In this document: positions 10,435 through 20,150 of the stretch, one piece after another
How positions within the stretch are numbered: position 1 is the stretch's first letter
Layout of the letters: the number at the start of each line of letters is the position of its first letter
DNA from: a bacterium
Lineage (GTDB): Bacteria; Zhuqueibacterota; Zhuqueibacteria; Residuimicrobiales; Residuimicrobiaceae
Length of the DNA stretch: 64,000 nt
Assembly (NCBI GenBank): GCA_029554865.1
Contig: JAKPUX010000092.1
Span: 19,915 to 83,914 of the forward strand
Direction of reading: 5' to 3'
Notes under the pieces: generated by a model
What the model was told of the DNA's origin: nothing
Databases searched by the model: none
What the model saw: the letters and a program-made list of their open reading frames with translations, nothing else
Translations under genes and position numbers: made by a program

Positions 10435-11497
10435 AATCGGAGGTCACCTTGTCCCAGGAGTAGCGGGCGTGGACGCGTTCGCGGACGACCTGACGGTAGC
10501 GGGCCACGTCGAGGGGATGGTCGAGCAGATGCTGCAGCCGGGCGCGCAGCGAATCTCTTTCCCGGGTGGAGAAATAGCAGCCGGCTTGTCCCAGCACCTC
10601 GTGGTGTTCGGGCACGTCGTTGGCCAGCACGCAGTTGCCGTAGCCCATCCCCTCCAGCAGGGCGGGATGGGTGCCGCCCACCTCGGTGGCCTGCACGTAG
10701 CAGTAGGCGTGGGACTGCAGTTCACGATAGCCCTGCCCGAATATGTAGCCGGTGAAGATGATGCGCGGGTCGCGGGTGGCGCGCAGCCCGGCGATATAGT
10801 CGCTGGCGTAGGGGGCATCGCCGACCATGACCAGTTTTTTGTCGGTCTTGACCTTCTCAAAGGCCTCGACCACGCGGTGGGCGTTGTTCTCCGGCTCCAT
10901 GCGGCTGACGTAGAGCACATACTCGCGCTCTTCCAGCCCGAAGCGGTCGAGGGTCTCGCGGCTCCTGACCGGCGTCTCCGGGGCCCCGTAGGGGATATAG
11001 GTCGACTCTTTCTGGAACTTTTCCTGGTAATAGCTCTGCACCTCGCGGGCATCCGAGACCACGGCGGTGGGGGTGAAGGTGGCGAGAAACTCGGAGATGC
11101 GGTAAAAGGCCTTGCCCGCCCAATTCCATTTCTGCCGCTTCCACTCCAGGCCGTCGACGTTCAATATCACCGGCTTACCCGCCAGACGGGGCAGGATGCA
11201 AAAAGCCGCATTGGCGCTGTTGCAGATAAAGACGACATCATAGGGTATGAAAAAGCTGCAGAGGGTGCAGACCAGGGTGTGGACCACAGTATCGAGATAT
11301 TTGTGGCTGATGGTCGGCAGAATCCTGATGCGCACCCCCTTGTAAAAGGGTTCGCGATAATCGATGATGTTGCTGCGGCCGTAGACCGTGACCTCGTGGC
11401 CGCGCTCAGCCAGCCGGGGCGCCATCTGTTCGATGAAGGTTTCGAAGCCGCCGTAATTGGCCGGTATGCCGCGGATGCCCATGATGGCGATTTTCAC
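10403..11497 (-). CDS. Glycosyltransferase family 4 with DUF1972-type N-terminus
   Basis: MKIAIMGIRGIPANYGGFETF is the hallmark N-terminus of DUF1972-GT4 enzymes (rhamnosyl/glucosyl transferases of cell-wall polysaccharide loci). Confidence 0.8.
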   Translation of the reverse strand: MKIAIMGIRGIPANYGGFETFIEQMAPRLAERGHEVTVYGRSNIIDYREPFYKGVRIRILPTISHKYLDTVVHTLVCTLCSFFIPYDVVFICNSANAAFCILPRLAGKPVILNVDGLEWKRQKWNWAGKAFYRISEFLATFTPTAVVSDAREVQSYYQEKFQKESTYIPYGAPETPVRSRETLDRFGLEEREYVLYVSRMEPENNAHRVVEAFEKVKTDKKLVMVGDAPYASDYIAGLRATRDPRIIFTGYIFGQGYRELQSHAYCYVQATEVGGTHPALLEGMGYGNCVLANDVPEHHEVLGQAGCYFSTRERDSLRARLQHLLDHPLDVARYRQVVRERVHARYSWDKVTSDYEALFKKVAG

Positions 11498-13299
11498 AGC
11501 CGCACCTCCCGGCCCACCGTCGCCGCAGCGTCCGGCATCAAGCCGGGCCGGCTCCCGCCGTTCAGGACCAGATCAGGATTGGGGAGCGCCGGGGGCTCCT
11601 GCAGCCGCCAGATCTCGACCGTCGTGCGCGAGCCGCAGACCATCTCCACCCGGTAATAACGTTCCTTCAGCAGCGCCTCGATGAAGGGCCAGTAACGGCT
11701 GAATTTCTTTGCAGTGTAGCCATCCAGGATGATAAAGGCGGGGGGATCGGCGCTGAGACGCTCCTCCAGGCCGGGGTCGTATTTCATGAAAAAGAGGGTG
11801 GGATGGGAGACCCCGTCGAAGGGCTGCATTCCCGCAGCGTAAGTCCAGATCATCGCCCCGCTCAGCACGGCATCCTGCGGCTTGCCCTCGCGGAGGAGGA
11901 TGCTCTCCACCTTCGCCAGGGTGGCTGGCGACCAGACGCACTCGTAGCGCGGGGTGAGGAGGCGGCCGGACCAGGCGGCGCTGATGAAGAGGGCTGCGGC
12001 TGCAAGCATGGCGGCCGGCTGCATTCGTCCGCCCCTGCGCCGGGCCTTCCAGCCTGTCACCGCGGCGGCGAAGAGAAAGCCCATGCAAACGACCACGAGC
12101 CAGTGGAACGGAAGCGTCCAGGTGACGCGGAAGAGGGCGAATACCACCCCGTAGAGCCTGGCCCAAAGGAGCATGCGCCCGCAGCGGGGAACGGCCGCAT
12201 TCCCGGCCGGCAGCCAGGCGGCGCCGAGCAGAAGCAGGGCCGGCAGGGCTTCGAGGAAATACTGGGTGTAAAAACCGCGCGAAGCCGATTGAAAAGCGTA
12301 AGCCAAAACCAGGATCACCAGCCAGAGCCCAAGGAATACCCGGAACTTTTCCCTTCTCCCCGCCCCCTCCTCTTCCCGGCCGCGGCGCCTCAGGCTCAAC
12401 AGGGCCGCGGCGATGGCCGGCAGGGCGAAGAGGAGAGCATCCCGCCAGGCCCCCAGGGTGTAGCCCGGATCCTGGTCGAGAATGCGAAATCCCGTTGTGT
12501 CGACCACCCGCTGCTGAGCGGGCAGGATGCCGATTGTATGGGCGAGGCGGTTCCAGACCAGATTGAGGGGATTGATCTGGGAAAAGAGGAGTTCGCGGCC
12601 GCCGAGGGGCCCCCAGTAGTAGAATGCCGCCAGCAGGCAGAGACCCAGATAGCCGGCTGCGTAAAGGGCCAGGCTCCGCCAGCGCGAACCGGCCGCGGGC
12701 TCCCGCTGCAGGAGCAGAAAAAGTCCGGTGGCGAGGGGCATGTATAGGGTCGATTGGCGCACATAATAGGCCAGCGCCGCCATGATGCCGCTGAGAATGA
12801 AATAGCTCCACATCCCGCGCTCCTGGAGGGCGCGCAGCAGGAACCAGGCGCTGAGCAGGCTCAACAGCACCGCCGGCATCTCGGTCTTGACCACCGTCGA
12901 CCAGATCAGGGTGAAGGGCAGGAAAAGATAGATCGCGGCGGCCAGCCAGCCGCGCAGGGGATCGTAGAGCCGCGCCCCGATCCGGTAGATGAGCCAGCCG
13001 ATGGCGAGGGAGGCCAGGAGCGGCATGAGCCGGCCCGCCGTGAGCGAGACCCCGAAGAGCTTGATGAAAAGGGCGAGCAGGTAGGCGTAGAAGGGCTGAC
13101 GGGAGCCGTAATCGATGACCGGATGCAGCCCCTGCCAGATCAGCCGCCCATCGAGCAGGTGGGCCCCCTCGTCCGGGTTGATCCAGCGCACTGACATCAG
13201 AACAAGGCGCACTGCGGCCGCGGCAGCGAGGGTGAGCAGCATGAGCAGGGCGGGGCGTTCCGCCAGCCATCTGCACACGTTATGGAATATACGTGCCAT
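11494..13299 (-). CDS. GT-C fold membrane glycosyltransferase (ArnT/PMT_2-like)
   Basis: 601 aa. WINPDEGAHLLDG (a DE motif) lies in the first loop after TM1, with many TM helices. Confidence 0.75.
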   Translation of the reverse strand: MARIFHNVCRWLAERPALLMLLTLAAAAAVRLVLMSVRWINPDEGAHLLDGRLIWQGLHPVIDYGSRQPFYAYLLALFIKLFGVSLTAGRLMPLLASLAIGWLIYRIGARLYDPLRGWLAAAIYLFLPFTLIWSTVVKTEMPAVLLSLLSAWFLLRALQERGMWSYFILSGIMAALAYYVRQSTLYMPLATGLFLLLQREPAAGSRWRSLALYAAGYLGLCLLAAFYYWGPLGGRELLFSQINPLNLVWNRLAHTIGILPAQQRVVDTTGFRILDQDPGYTLGAWRDALLFALPAIAAALLSLRRRGREEEGAGRREKFRVFLGLWLVILVLAYAFQSASRGFYTQYFLEALPALLLLGAAWLPAGNAAVPRCGRMLLWARLYGVVFALFRVTWTLPFHWLVVVCMGFLFAAAVTGWKARRRGGRMQPAAMLAAAALFISAAWSGRLLTPRYECVWSPATLAKVESILLREGKPQDAVLSGAMIWTYAAGMQPFDGVSHPTLFFMKYDPGLEERLSADPPAFIILDGYTAKKFSRYWPFIEALLKERYYRVEMVCGSRTTVEIWRLQEPPALPNPDLVLNGGSRPGLMPDAAATVGREVRL

Positions 13300-13318
13300 C
13301 CTGTCAGCCTCCGCCCTT

Positions 13319-14431
13319 CTAGCCCTCGAAATGGTTGATGGTTTCCGCGACGTAGAGCACCTCCTCGTCGCTCAGCTCCGGATAGATCGGCAGCGAGAGC
13401 ACCTCGGCGGCGCAGCGCTCGGCCACCGGATGGCTCCCGGCGGGCACGCCCAGATCCCTGTAGGCGTTCTGGAGATGGCAGGGGACGGGGTAATGAATCT
13501 GGGTTCCGATGCCGTGGTCAGCCAGATGGCGGCGGAGTGCATTGCGCGCCTGGCAGCGCACCACATAAAGGTGAAAAACGTGCCTGCTCTCCTCCTGCTG
13601 CCGGGGCAGGATGACCGCGGGATGGCTGATGGCTTTAGAGTAGAGCGCGGCAATCTCGCGGCGGCGGCGGTTCCAGCTTTCGAGATGGGGCAGCTGGGCC
13701 GAGAGAATGGCGGCCTGCATCTCGTCGAGGCGGCTGTTGAAGCCCTTGATTTCGTGATAATAGCGCTCGAGCTGACCATAGTTGCGCAGCAGGACGATCT
13801 GCCGGGCCCGCTCGTCGTCATCGGTGACCACCATACCGCCGTCGCCGAAGGCGCCGAGATTTTTGCTGGGGTAAAAACTGAAGCAGCCATAGGCGCCGAA
13901 GGTGCCCGCCTTGCCGCCCTGATACTCCGCGCCGTGGGCCTGGCAGGCATCCTCGATCACCGCCAGGTGGTGGCGCCCGGCGATGGCCATCACCTCGTCC
14001 ATGCGGCAGCAGTTGCCGTAGAGATGGACCGGGATGATCGCCCGCGTGCGCGCGCTGATCTTTTCCTCGATGAGATCGGGATTGATGCAGAAGGAGAGGG
14101 GATCGACGTCGACCAGCACCGGCGTGGCCCCGGCGAAGGAGATCGCCGAGAGGGTCGGAATGGCGGTGTTGGGAACGGTGATCACTTCATCGCCCGGCTT
14201 CACTCCGCAGGCGACCAGGGCGAGGTGGAGGGCTTCGGTGCCCGAGCCCACACCGATGGCATGGCGCACCCCGAGATGAGCGGCAAAGGCCTCCTCGAAG
14301 GTGCTCAACTCCCTGCCCAGAACGAACCAGCCGCTGGCCAGGACCCGGCTGACAGCAGCGTCGATCTCCTCTTTCATCCCCAGATAGTGTCTGGTCAAAT
14401 CGCCAAATGGTACCTGCATCCTGATTTCCAT
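13319..14431 (-). CDS. DegT/DnrJ/EryC1/StrS-family PLP-dependent sugar aminotransferase
   Basis: 370 aa. The VPFGDL...GWFVLG...GVGSGTEALHLAL pattern and SGWxxLG match ArnB/WecE-type nucleotide-sugar aminotransferases. The start may instead be the internal MQVPFGDL. Confidence 0.85.
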   Translation of the reverse strand: MEIRMQVPFGDLTRHYLGMKEEIDAAVSRVLASGWFVLGRELSTFEEAFAAHLGVRHAIGVGSGTEALHLALVACGVKPGDEVITVPNTAIPTLSAISFAGATPVLVDVDPLSFCINPDLIEEKISARTRAIIPVHLYGNCCRMDEVMAIAGRHHLAVIEDACQAHGAEYQGGKAGTFGAYGCFSFYPSKNLGAFGDGGMVVTDDDERARQIVLLRNYGQLERYYHEIKGFNSRLDEMQAAILSAQLPHLESWNRRRREIAALYSKAISHPAVILPRQQEESRHVFHLYVVRCQARNALRRHLADHGIGTQIHYPVPCHLQNAYRDLGVPAGSHPVAERCAAEVLSLPIYPELSDEEVLYVAETINHFEG

Positions 14432-14432
14432 C

Positions 14433-16139
14433 TCATTTGTAGTCGTTGAGAACCCCGTAAATGGTGGCGCGGCGCGGCCCCGCCTCCAGTTTTTTAATCA
14501 GCACAAAGCCGGGCGCACTGCCCGCCTCGCCGAGAAAGTCGAGGGCGGTCAGGCTCCGGTTTTTCACCGCCCACTGATGCCATGCCCCCTTCTTTTCCGC
14601 CTTGAGGCTGTAGCTCATCCAGGCGGCGTGGGTGATGCCCTGGCTGCGCATCCAGGCGTGCAGTTCCTGCGGCCCGAGATCGGGGAGGTCGGAGAGGCGT
14701 ACAAAATCCCGCCGGGCGTCGAGGCGGGTATAGTAGGCGACGATGTTGGGCTGGGAGACCAGGAGGCGGTCGCCCTTTTGATAGCTCTTGTCGAACCACT
14801 CACCGATGAGTCTGAATTCGGCCTTGGTATAATAGACATCGAAGAGGCCGGCTCCCGAGGCCGAGAAGAGCCGGAAACTGAAAAAGAGGGCCACGGTCAT
14901 CAAGGCGATGAATCCGCCTGTCCCCGCTGCCGACCAGCGCTTCGGCCAATAATAGAGCGCGAGGGGGACGAGGGAGAGGGCTACCCAACCCATTTTGGGC
15001 TGGTACTGCGGATAGGGAAAGCGCGTGGTCAGCACCAGGACCAGGGTCGCCACGGCCGCGGCCGCTGGCAGCAGGGCGGTGAACAGGGGACGCCGGGCGA
15101 ACCAGCCGGTAATAGCGTGCTCCCCGAGCCGGCGCCCTGCGGCCTTGAGCAGGGCGAAGAGCCCGGCGAAGATGAAGAGCAGTGCCGCCCACGAGGCCAT
15201 GACCAGATAGTCCGCACCGGGGAAGGGCCAGACCACATGCAGGGCGGCGAAACCGGCCAGATAGGCGGCGAGCGCCAGGGCTGCGCGCCGGTCGCTCCGC
15301 CACAGATCGACCGCCCCGGCGATGAACAAGAGGGCGGCGGCGGCCGCCCCGATCCTGTACCAGGCCAGGGGCAGAAATTCGAGCAGCTCGGACCAGAAGC
15401 CGGTGAAAAAGGTCAGGTTCGGCTGCCAGTGGGCGAAATAATCGGCATAGCTGCCGCCCCCGTCGCCGCCGGAAGAGAGCAGGCTCCAGATCACCAGAAA
15501 GGAGGCGGAGAGCAGGGTGAGCATCACGGTCTTGAGGCGCTGGCGGCCGCAGACCAGATCGGCCAGGCCGAAAGCACCGATCGCCATCGCCCCCTCATAG
15601 CGCACTGCCGAGGAGAGAAAACCAACCCCGTAGGCCCGCCAGTCCCGGCGGATAAAGCGGTCAAAGGCCCAGAGCAGCAGGCAGGTGAAGAGAAACTCGC
15701 CCTTGGGCTTGATCGCCAGCTTGAGGGTGGAGGCGTGCAGCGCCCAGAACCAGACCACCCACGGAGCTGAGGCGGGATGCAGCCAGCGCGCGATGTGCCA
15801 CAGGAACCAGAGGGAAAAAAGCGCGCTCGCCGCCGAGATGATCTCCGCGGCATAGAGCTCGGCGAATTTGCCCGGGATCAGGGGCGAGATGAAAGCGATG
15901 AGCAAAGAGGTAAGGGGCGGACGCTTGAAATTGTCCGGCCACTCCAGATGACGCAGCTTGACCGCTTTTTCGGCGTAATCGAAGAAATCACTCTCAGGGA
16001 CGAGAAAATGGTTGACATGATTGAGCAGGAAAAGGGCAAAAAACAGCAGCAGGGCAGCGGAGAACCACCAGGCGCGTCTGCGCGACTCGATCCTGATCAA
16101 GCCATTTTCTTTATGTCTATGGGTCACCTTATTCATCAC
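14433..16139 (-). CDS. GT-C-like polytopic membrane glycosyltransferase (ArnT/YfhO-like)
   Basis: 568 aa, highly hydrophobic with more than 12 TM helices and a soluble C-terminal domain. Family assignment is weaker than for the other three GT-C genes. Confidence 0.55.
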   Translation of the reverse strand: MMNKVTHRHKENGLIRIESRRRAWWFSAALLLFFALFLLNHVNHFLVPESDFFDYAEKAVKLRHLEWPDNFKRPPLTSLLIAFISPLIPGKFAELYAAEIISAASALFSLWFLWHIARWLHPASAPWVVWFWALHASTLKLAIKPKGEFLFTCLLLWAFDRFIRRDWRAYGVGFLSSAVRYEGAMAIGAFGLADLVCGRQRLKTVMLTLLSASFLVIWSLLSSGGDGGGSYADYFAHWQPNLTFFTGFWSELLEFLPLAWYRIGAAAAALLFIAGAVDLWRSDRRAALALAAYLAGFAALHVVWPFPGADYLVMASWAALLFIFAGLFALLKAAGRRLGEHAITGWFARRPLFTALLPAAAAVATLVLVLTTRFPYPQYQPKMGWVALSLVPLALYYWPKRWSAAGTGGFIALMTVALFFSFRLFSASGAGLFDVYYTKAEFRLIGEWFDKSYQKGDRLLVSQPNIVAYYTRLDARRDFVRLSDLPDLGPQELHAWMRSQGITHAAWMSYSLKAEKKGAWHQWAVKNRSLTALDFLGEAGSAPGFVLIKKLEAGPRRATIYGVLNDYK

Positions 16140-16163
16140 TACCTCTCCCGCCCCCTCCCCCGC

Positions 16164-17183
16164 TCAGTTCATCGGCTGCTCCCAGTAGTGGTTCTGGTGC
16201 TCGCGGTAATAGGCGATTGTCCGCGCCAACCCCTCCTTCATACCTGTACGGTAATGCCAGCCCAGAACGGCGCGGATCTTGCGGTAATCGGCATAGAAAT
16301 CGCCGATATCGATACGCTTCTTCTCCTCGGGAAAGGGCACCATCTCGTACTCACCCCCGCCCGCGGTCTCCAGCAGCAGCTTGACGAGGTCTTCGAGCAT
16401 CATTGGCTCATCCCCGCCAAGATTGTAAATATTGCCGTTGCAGTCATCAAAGGCCGCCGCCAGGCAAAAGGCGTCGACCACATCATCGACATAGTTGAAA
16501 TCGCGGATCTGCTTGCCGCTGCCGAAGATGCGGATCTTTTTGCCCTCGATCGCCTGGCGGAGAAAGACGCTGATGAAGCCCTGGCGCCCGTGCTTCATGA
16601 GCTGGCGCGGCCCATAGGTGTTGGTCAGGCGCAGGGAGGTGGCACGAATCCCGTAGACATTGTTGTAGAGGATATGATACCACTCCCCGGCCATCTTGTT
16701 GATGCCGTTGACATCGGTCGGATGGAGGGGGTGCTTCTCGTCGACAGGCAGATAGTCCGGTTTGCCATACTGCTGCCGGGTGCCGGCGAATACGATCTTG
16801 ACCTCGGGATTGTTATGCCGGCAGGCCTCAAGTATGGAGAGCTGGGAGCGGCAGTTGATGTCCAGGTCGGTGAAGGGATCCTCCATGCTGTCGATATGGC
16901 TGACCTGCCCGGCGAGATTGAAGATAAAGTCCTGGCCCTTGACCAGATAATTCATGCTGTACTGATCGCGGATATCGGCGATATTGACCTGAACCTTTTT
17001 CTCCAGCCCCTTGATGTTAAAGAGATTCCCGCCGTACTGCGGGATGAGCGAATCGACGATGAGCACATTCGCGTCGTATTCCACCAGACGGTGGGCAAGG
17101 GTGCTGCCAATGAAGCCGAGGCCACCGGTGATCAGGCAGTTGGCGCCCCTGAACTTGGGCGGCAGTTGTTCACGCTTGGGCAT
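16164..17183 (-). CDS. NAD-dependent epimerase/dehydratase, UDP-glucuronate decarboxylase (UXS/ArnA-C)-like
   Basis: GxxGxxG (ITGGLGFIGS), a YxxxK region and the NTYGPRQ motif. The start is placed at MPKREQ with a GGAGGGG RBS. The 45-codon upstream extension in the track overlaps the neighbour and is Arg/Ser-rich noise. Confidence 0.8.
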   Translation of the reverse strand: MPKREQLPPKFRGANCLITGGLGFIGSTLAHRLVEYDANVLIVDSLIPQYGGNLFNIKGLEKKVQVNIADIRDQYSMNYLVKGQDFIFNLAGQVSHIDSMEDPFTDLDINCRSQLSILEACRHNNPEVKIVFAGTRQQYGKPDYLPVDEKHPLHPTDVNGINKMAGEWYHILYNNVYGIRATSLRLTNTYGPRQLMKHGRQGFISVFLRQAIEGKKIRIFGSGKQIRDFNYVDDVVDAFCLAAAFDDCNGNIYNLGGDEPMMLEDLVKLLLETAGGGEYEMVPFPEEKKRIDIGDFYADYRKIRAVLGWHYRTGMKEGLARTIAYYREHQNHYWEQPMN

Positions 17184-17913
17184 GCAGCCCCTCCTTGCGC
17201 ACGACCAGCCGGAACCAGAGCCTGGAGTAATCGCGCGCAACATGGAAAAGCCGGACAAAATTGAAATACTGCGACTTGCCGCTCGAACGGAAGAAATGGT
17301 TGACCCCCACCTCCGCAAAGCGGCAGCCGGTTCGGCTCATCTTGTGGATCATCTCCACGCAGATGGTGCCGCTGTTGGAGCTCAGCTCGAAACGATCAAA
17401 GATACTCCGGCGCATCAGCCGGAAATCGCAGTCCACGTCCTCGATCGGCAGGGAGAAGAGGAACCTGGAGGTGTACTGATAGATTTTGCCGAGCACGACC
17501 CGGTAGTAGGGATCGTGGCGCTTGATCTTGAAGCCGTTGACCACATCCACCTGCTCGTTCATCGCATCGGCCAGAAGGAGGAGCTGGCGCACGTCGTACT
17601 GGGCATCGCCGTCCGTATAAAAGATAAACTCCTTGCGGGATTCCCTAAAACCGGTGCGCAAGGCGCCGCCGTAGCCGCGGTTGTGCTCATGATGGATAAC
17701 GCGGATCTGCGAGAAGCGGCTCTCAAGAAAATCGAGGATCTCCTGGGTCTTTTCCTCACTGCCATCATCGACGAGAATCACCTCATAGTCGTCGGTGATC
17801 TTTTCGGCGGCGGTGATGGCTTGCGCGGCCATGGTCGTAATCGTGCCCCAGTCGTTGTAGACGGGGAAAAAGATCGAGAGTGAGGAGAGTTTTTTTTGCC
17901 GTTCTTCAGTCAT
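17170..17913 (-). CDS. Glycosyltransferase family 2 (GT-A), polyprenyl-phosphate sugar synthase-like but no C-terminal TM segment
   Basis: 247 aa. LSIFFPVYND...VILVDDGSEEKT...DGDAQY (the DXD region) is typical of GT2 DPM1/ArnC-like enzymes. Confidence 0.75.
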   Translation of the reverse strand: MTEERQKKLSSLSIFFPVYNDWGTITTMAAQAITAAEKITDDYEVILVDDGSEEKTQEILDFLESRFSQIRVIHHEHNRGYGGALRTGFRESRKEFIFYTDGDAQYDVRQLLLLADAMNEQVDVVNGFKIKRHDPYYRVVLGKIYQYTSRFLFSLPIEDVDCDFRLMRRSIFDRFELSSNSGTICVEMIHKMSRTGCRFAEVGVNHFFRSSGKSQYFNFVRLFHVARDYSRLWFRLVVRKEGLHAQA

Positions 17914-17933
17914 AACTCCGGTTTCCGCTTTTT

Positions 17934-18797
17934 CTATTCAAGGGTCATTAATTCAATGCCGGCCTGCTCGAGGATTCGCCGCGTCTCCGGCGCACAGAGG
18001 AGTTCGCACTCGCGCTGCCGCCGTTTCTCCGCGGCCGTCGCCGGCGCGCCGGGGGCATAATCGGCCGGATGGCACATCCATTCGCTGCGGCCTCTCTCCA
18101 GGCCTGATGCCCATCCAGCCAGGAAGGAGCCGGGGTCCGGGTGGAGAAACCAGCTGAATCCGTAAAAATCGTCGGCGCCGGCCATTTCCCGATAATACTT
18201 TTCACAGCGCCGGCCGGTAAGGGCGACGCTGCGTTGCTGCAGCCGGCCGAGCAGGGCGGCAGCGCCCGAGCCCGCGGGCTCGCCTTTGCCGCGCACCCGC
18301 CGCACCCATCGGATCCCCCTCTCCTTCATCAGCGGAGCGGCCGCTGCGGCCACCGCTGGAAGCAGGTGGACGTGGTGATGGCTGTCGAGATGACCCACCC
18401 GCACCCCCAGTCCATCGAGACGGTCAAACTGGGCGTTGATTTCGTCGGTCAGCTCCACAGCGGAGAGGCGCCCGCACAGGGCGCGCCGCCAGAAATCCCA
18501 TTTGCCGGGCAAATTACCCTGCCCGTCGGTCAGGCTCGGCAGTCGCTCCGCCGGCAGGAGCGGCCTTCCGCAAGTCAGGTTGAGGTGAAGTCCCAGCACG
18601 AGTCCGCTGCCCGCCGCCAGGGCGCAGGCCTCGTCCAGGGCGGAGCCGTTGGCCACCAGCGAAGCGGCGGTCAGGATCCCATCACGCCAGGCACGCCAGA
18701 TGCCGCGGTTGACCGCCGCAGAGAGGCCGAAATCGTCGCCATGGACAACCAATCCCTTCACGGCGGCGAGGCCGCCATGACCGTCCGCCATGATCAT
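17934..18797 (-). CDS. ChbG/YdjC/HpnK-family carbohydrate deacetylase
   Basis: 287 aa. VHGDDFGLSAAVNRGI...HLDSHHHVH is the YdjC family signature. Confidence 0.75.
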   Translation of the reverse strand: MIMADGHGGLAAVKGLVVHGDDFGLSAAVNRGIWRAWRDGILTAASLVANGSALDEACALAAGSGLVLGLHLNLTCGRPLLPAERLPSLTDGQGNLPGKWDFWRRALCGRLSAVELTDEINAQFDRLDGLGVRVGHLDSHHHVHLLPAVAAAAAPLMKERGIRWVRRVRGKGEPAGSGAAALLGRLQQRSVALTGRRCEKYYREMAGADDFYGFSWFLHPDPGSFLAGWASGLERGRSEWMCHPADYAPGAPATAAEKRRQRECELLCAPETRRILEQAGIELMTLE

Positions 18798-18801
18798 CCC
18801 G

Positions 18802-20145
18802 CTACGCTTCCCGCTCCCCGGCAGCTATTTCATGCAGCCGGAGCTGGAAAAAATTATAGAGCTCGTCCAGATTGCGCCGGGAATCAAAGATCGCGGCCAC
18901 CCGCGCGCGCCCGGCCCGGCCGAGGCGCCGCTGCATCTGGGGCGAGTCCAGCACCTCGAGCATCGTCTGCGCCAGCAGCTTGGGCTCGGCCTCGTCGAGC
19001 AGCAGCCCGCTCTCCCCTTTCTCGACCAGCTCGGGAATGCCGGAGATGGTGGTCGAGATAACCGGGAGCTCCATAGCCATGGCCTCGGCGATGACGTTGG
19101 GGATGCCGTCGCGATTGCCATCCTCCTCCACCACGCAGGGAAGGACGAAGAGGCTGGCTCCACCATAGGCCTCGATCACGGCGCTCGGCGCCATGTAGCC
19201 GGTGATCTCGATCTGCTCCATGAGATGGTTGAGGCGGATGAACATCTCCAGCCGCGGCCGCTCCGGTCCGTCGCCGACGATGAGACACTTGAAGGCCACT
19301 CCCTGGTCATGGAGGATCTTGCAGGCGTGCAAAAGCACCCCCAGCCCCTTCTTCGGCACCAGGCGGCCGACCGAGAGAATGACGGGGGGCTCCTGCTTTG
19401 TCCGGGCGACCGGCTGCAGACGGGTCAGGTCGAGTCCGTGATAATTGACCAGAATCTTGTCGCCCACCAGCTCGCCAAAATTCTGCAGCAGATAGTCCCG
19501 GTTGTAGCGGGTGCAGGTGACGATGAAGCGGGCCCGCTTGAGCTTCTCCTCAAAGATGACCTGCGGGGTGAAGATGTCGTAGGCGTGGGCCGTGAAGGAG
19601 AAGGGGATCTCCAGGAGCATCGAGGCGAGCAGGGCCAGGCTCGAGGCGGAGTCCGCATACTGGGCGTGGATGAGGCTAAAGCCCTCCTCCTCCATCTGCC
19701 GGGCCACCGGCACGATGAGGAAAAAATTGAGCAGCACATTCTGCCGCTGCGCCTTGGTCAGCTCCTGCTTGTGCGCCGCCCGCCAGAGGCTGCCGAGCAG
19801 CGACTCGCTGCGGGTGCGGCGGCGCCGGGCGAAGGACCAGCACCTGAGATAGCGCACCGGATGGCGGAAGAGCCAGGCGAAATGGGCGCCGATCACCTTG
19901 CCGGCCTGCAGTGAGGGCAAAATATAAAAGGTCCGCTGCGCCAGCTCGGGCACCTCGCTGTTCTCCCGCCCCGCCGGCGGGCGGCTCAGGGCGTAGGGCC
20001 GCAGATCCAGTCCCCGCTCCAGCAGTCCGGCCACCTCATTGACGATGAAGCGTTCGGAGAGAGCGGGAAAATAGTTGAGAAAGAGCGCGACCCTGGCGCC
20101 GGGCTGCAGTGTCTGCAGCCGTTCAGTAGATGAATCGGTCTTCAC
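18802..20145 (-). CDS. Glycosyltransferase family 4
   Basis: 447 aa. The C-terminal EGFGIP-like region (DGIPNVIAEAMAMELPVISTTISGIPE) is the GT4 motif. Confidence 0.8.
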   Translation of the reverse strand: MKTDSSTERLQTLQPGARVALFLNYFPALSERFIVNEVAGLLERGLDLRPYALSRPPAGRENSEVPELAQRTFYILPSLQAGKVIGAHFAWLFRHPVRYLRCWSFARRRRTRSESLLGSLWRAAHKQELTKAQRQNVLLNFFLIVPVARQMEEEGFSLIHAQYADSASSLALLASMLLEIPFSFTAHAYDIFTPQVIFEEKLKRARFIVTCTRYNRDYLLQNFGELVGDKILVNYHGLDLTRLQPVARTKQEPPVILSVGRLVPKKGLGVLLHACKILHDQGVAFKCLIVGDGPERPRLEMFIRLNHLMEQIEITGYMAPSAVIEAYGGASLFVLPCVVEEDGNRDGIPNVIAEAMAMELPVISTTISGIPELVEKGESGLLLDEAEPKLLAQTMLEVLDSPQMQRRLGRAGRARVAAIFDSRRNLDELYNFFQLRLHEIAAGEREA

Positions 20146-20150
20146 TGCCT

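Noticed and set aside
10349-17264. Series of long plus-strand ORFs (10349-11656, 13115-14449, 14577-15770, 15777-17264) opposite the minus-strand operon
   Set aside because: They are all antisense to well-supported GT, aminotransferase and GT-C genes. Their composition is typical of GC-rich shadow ORFs and they have no motifs.
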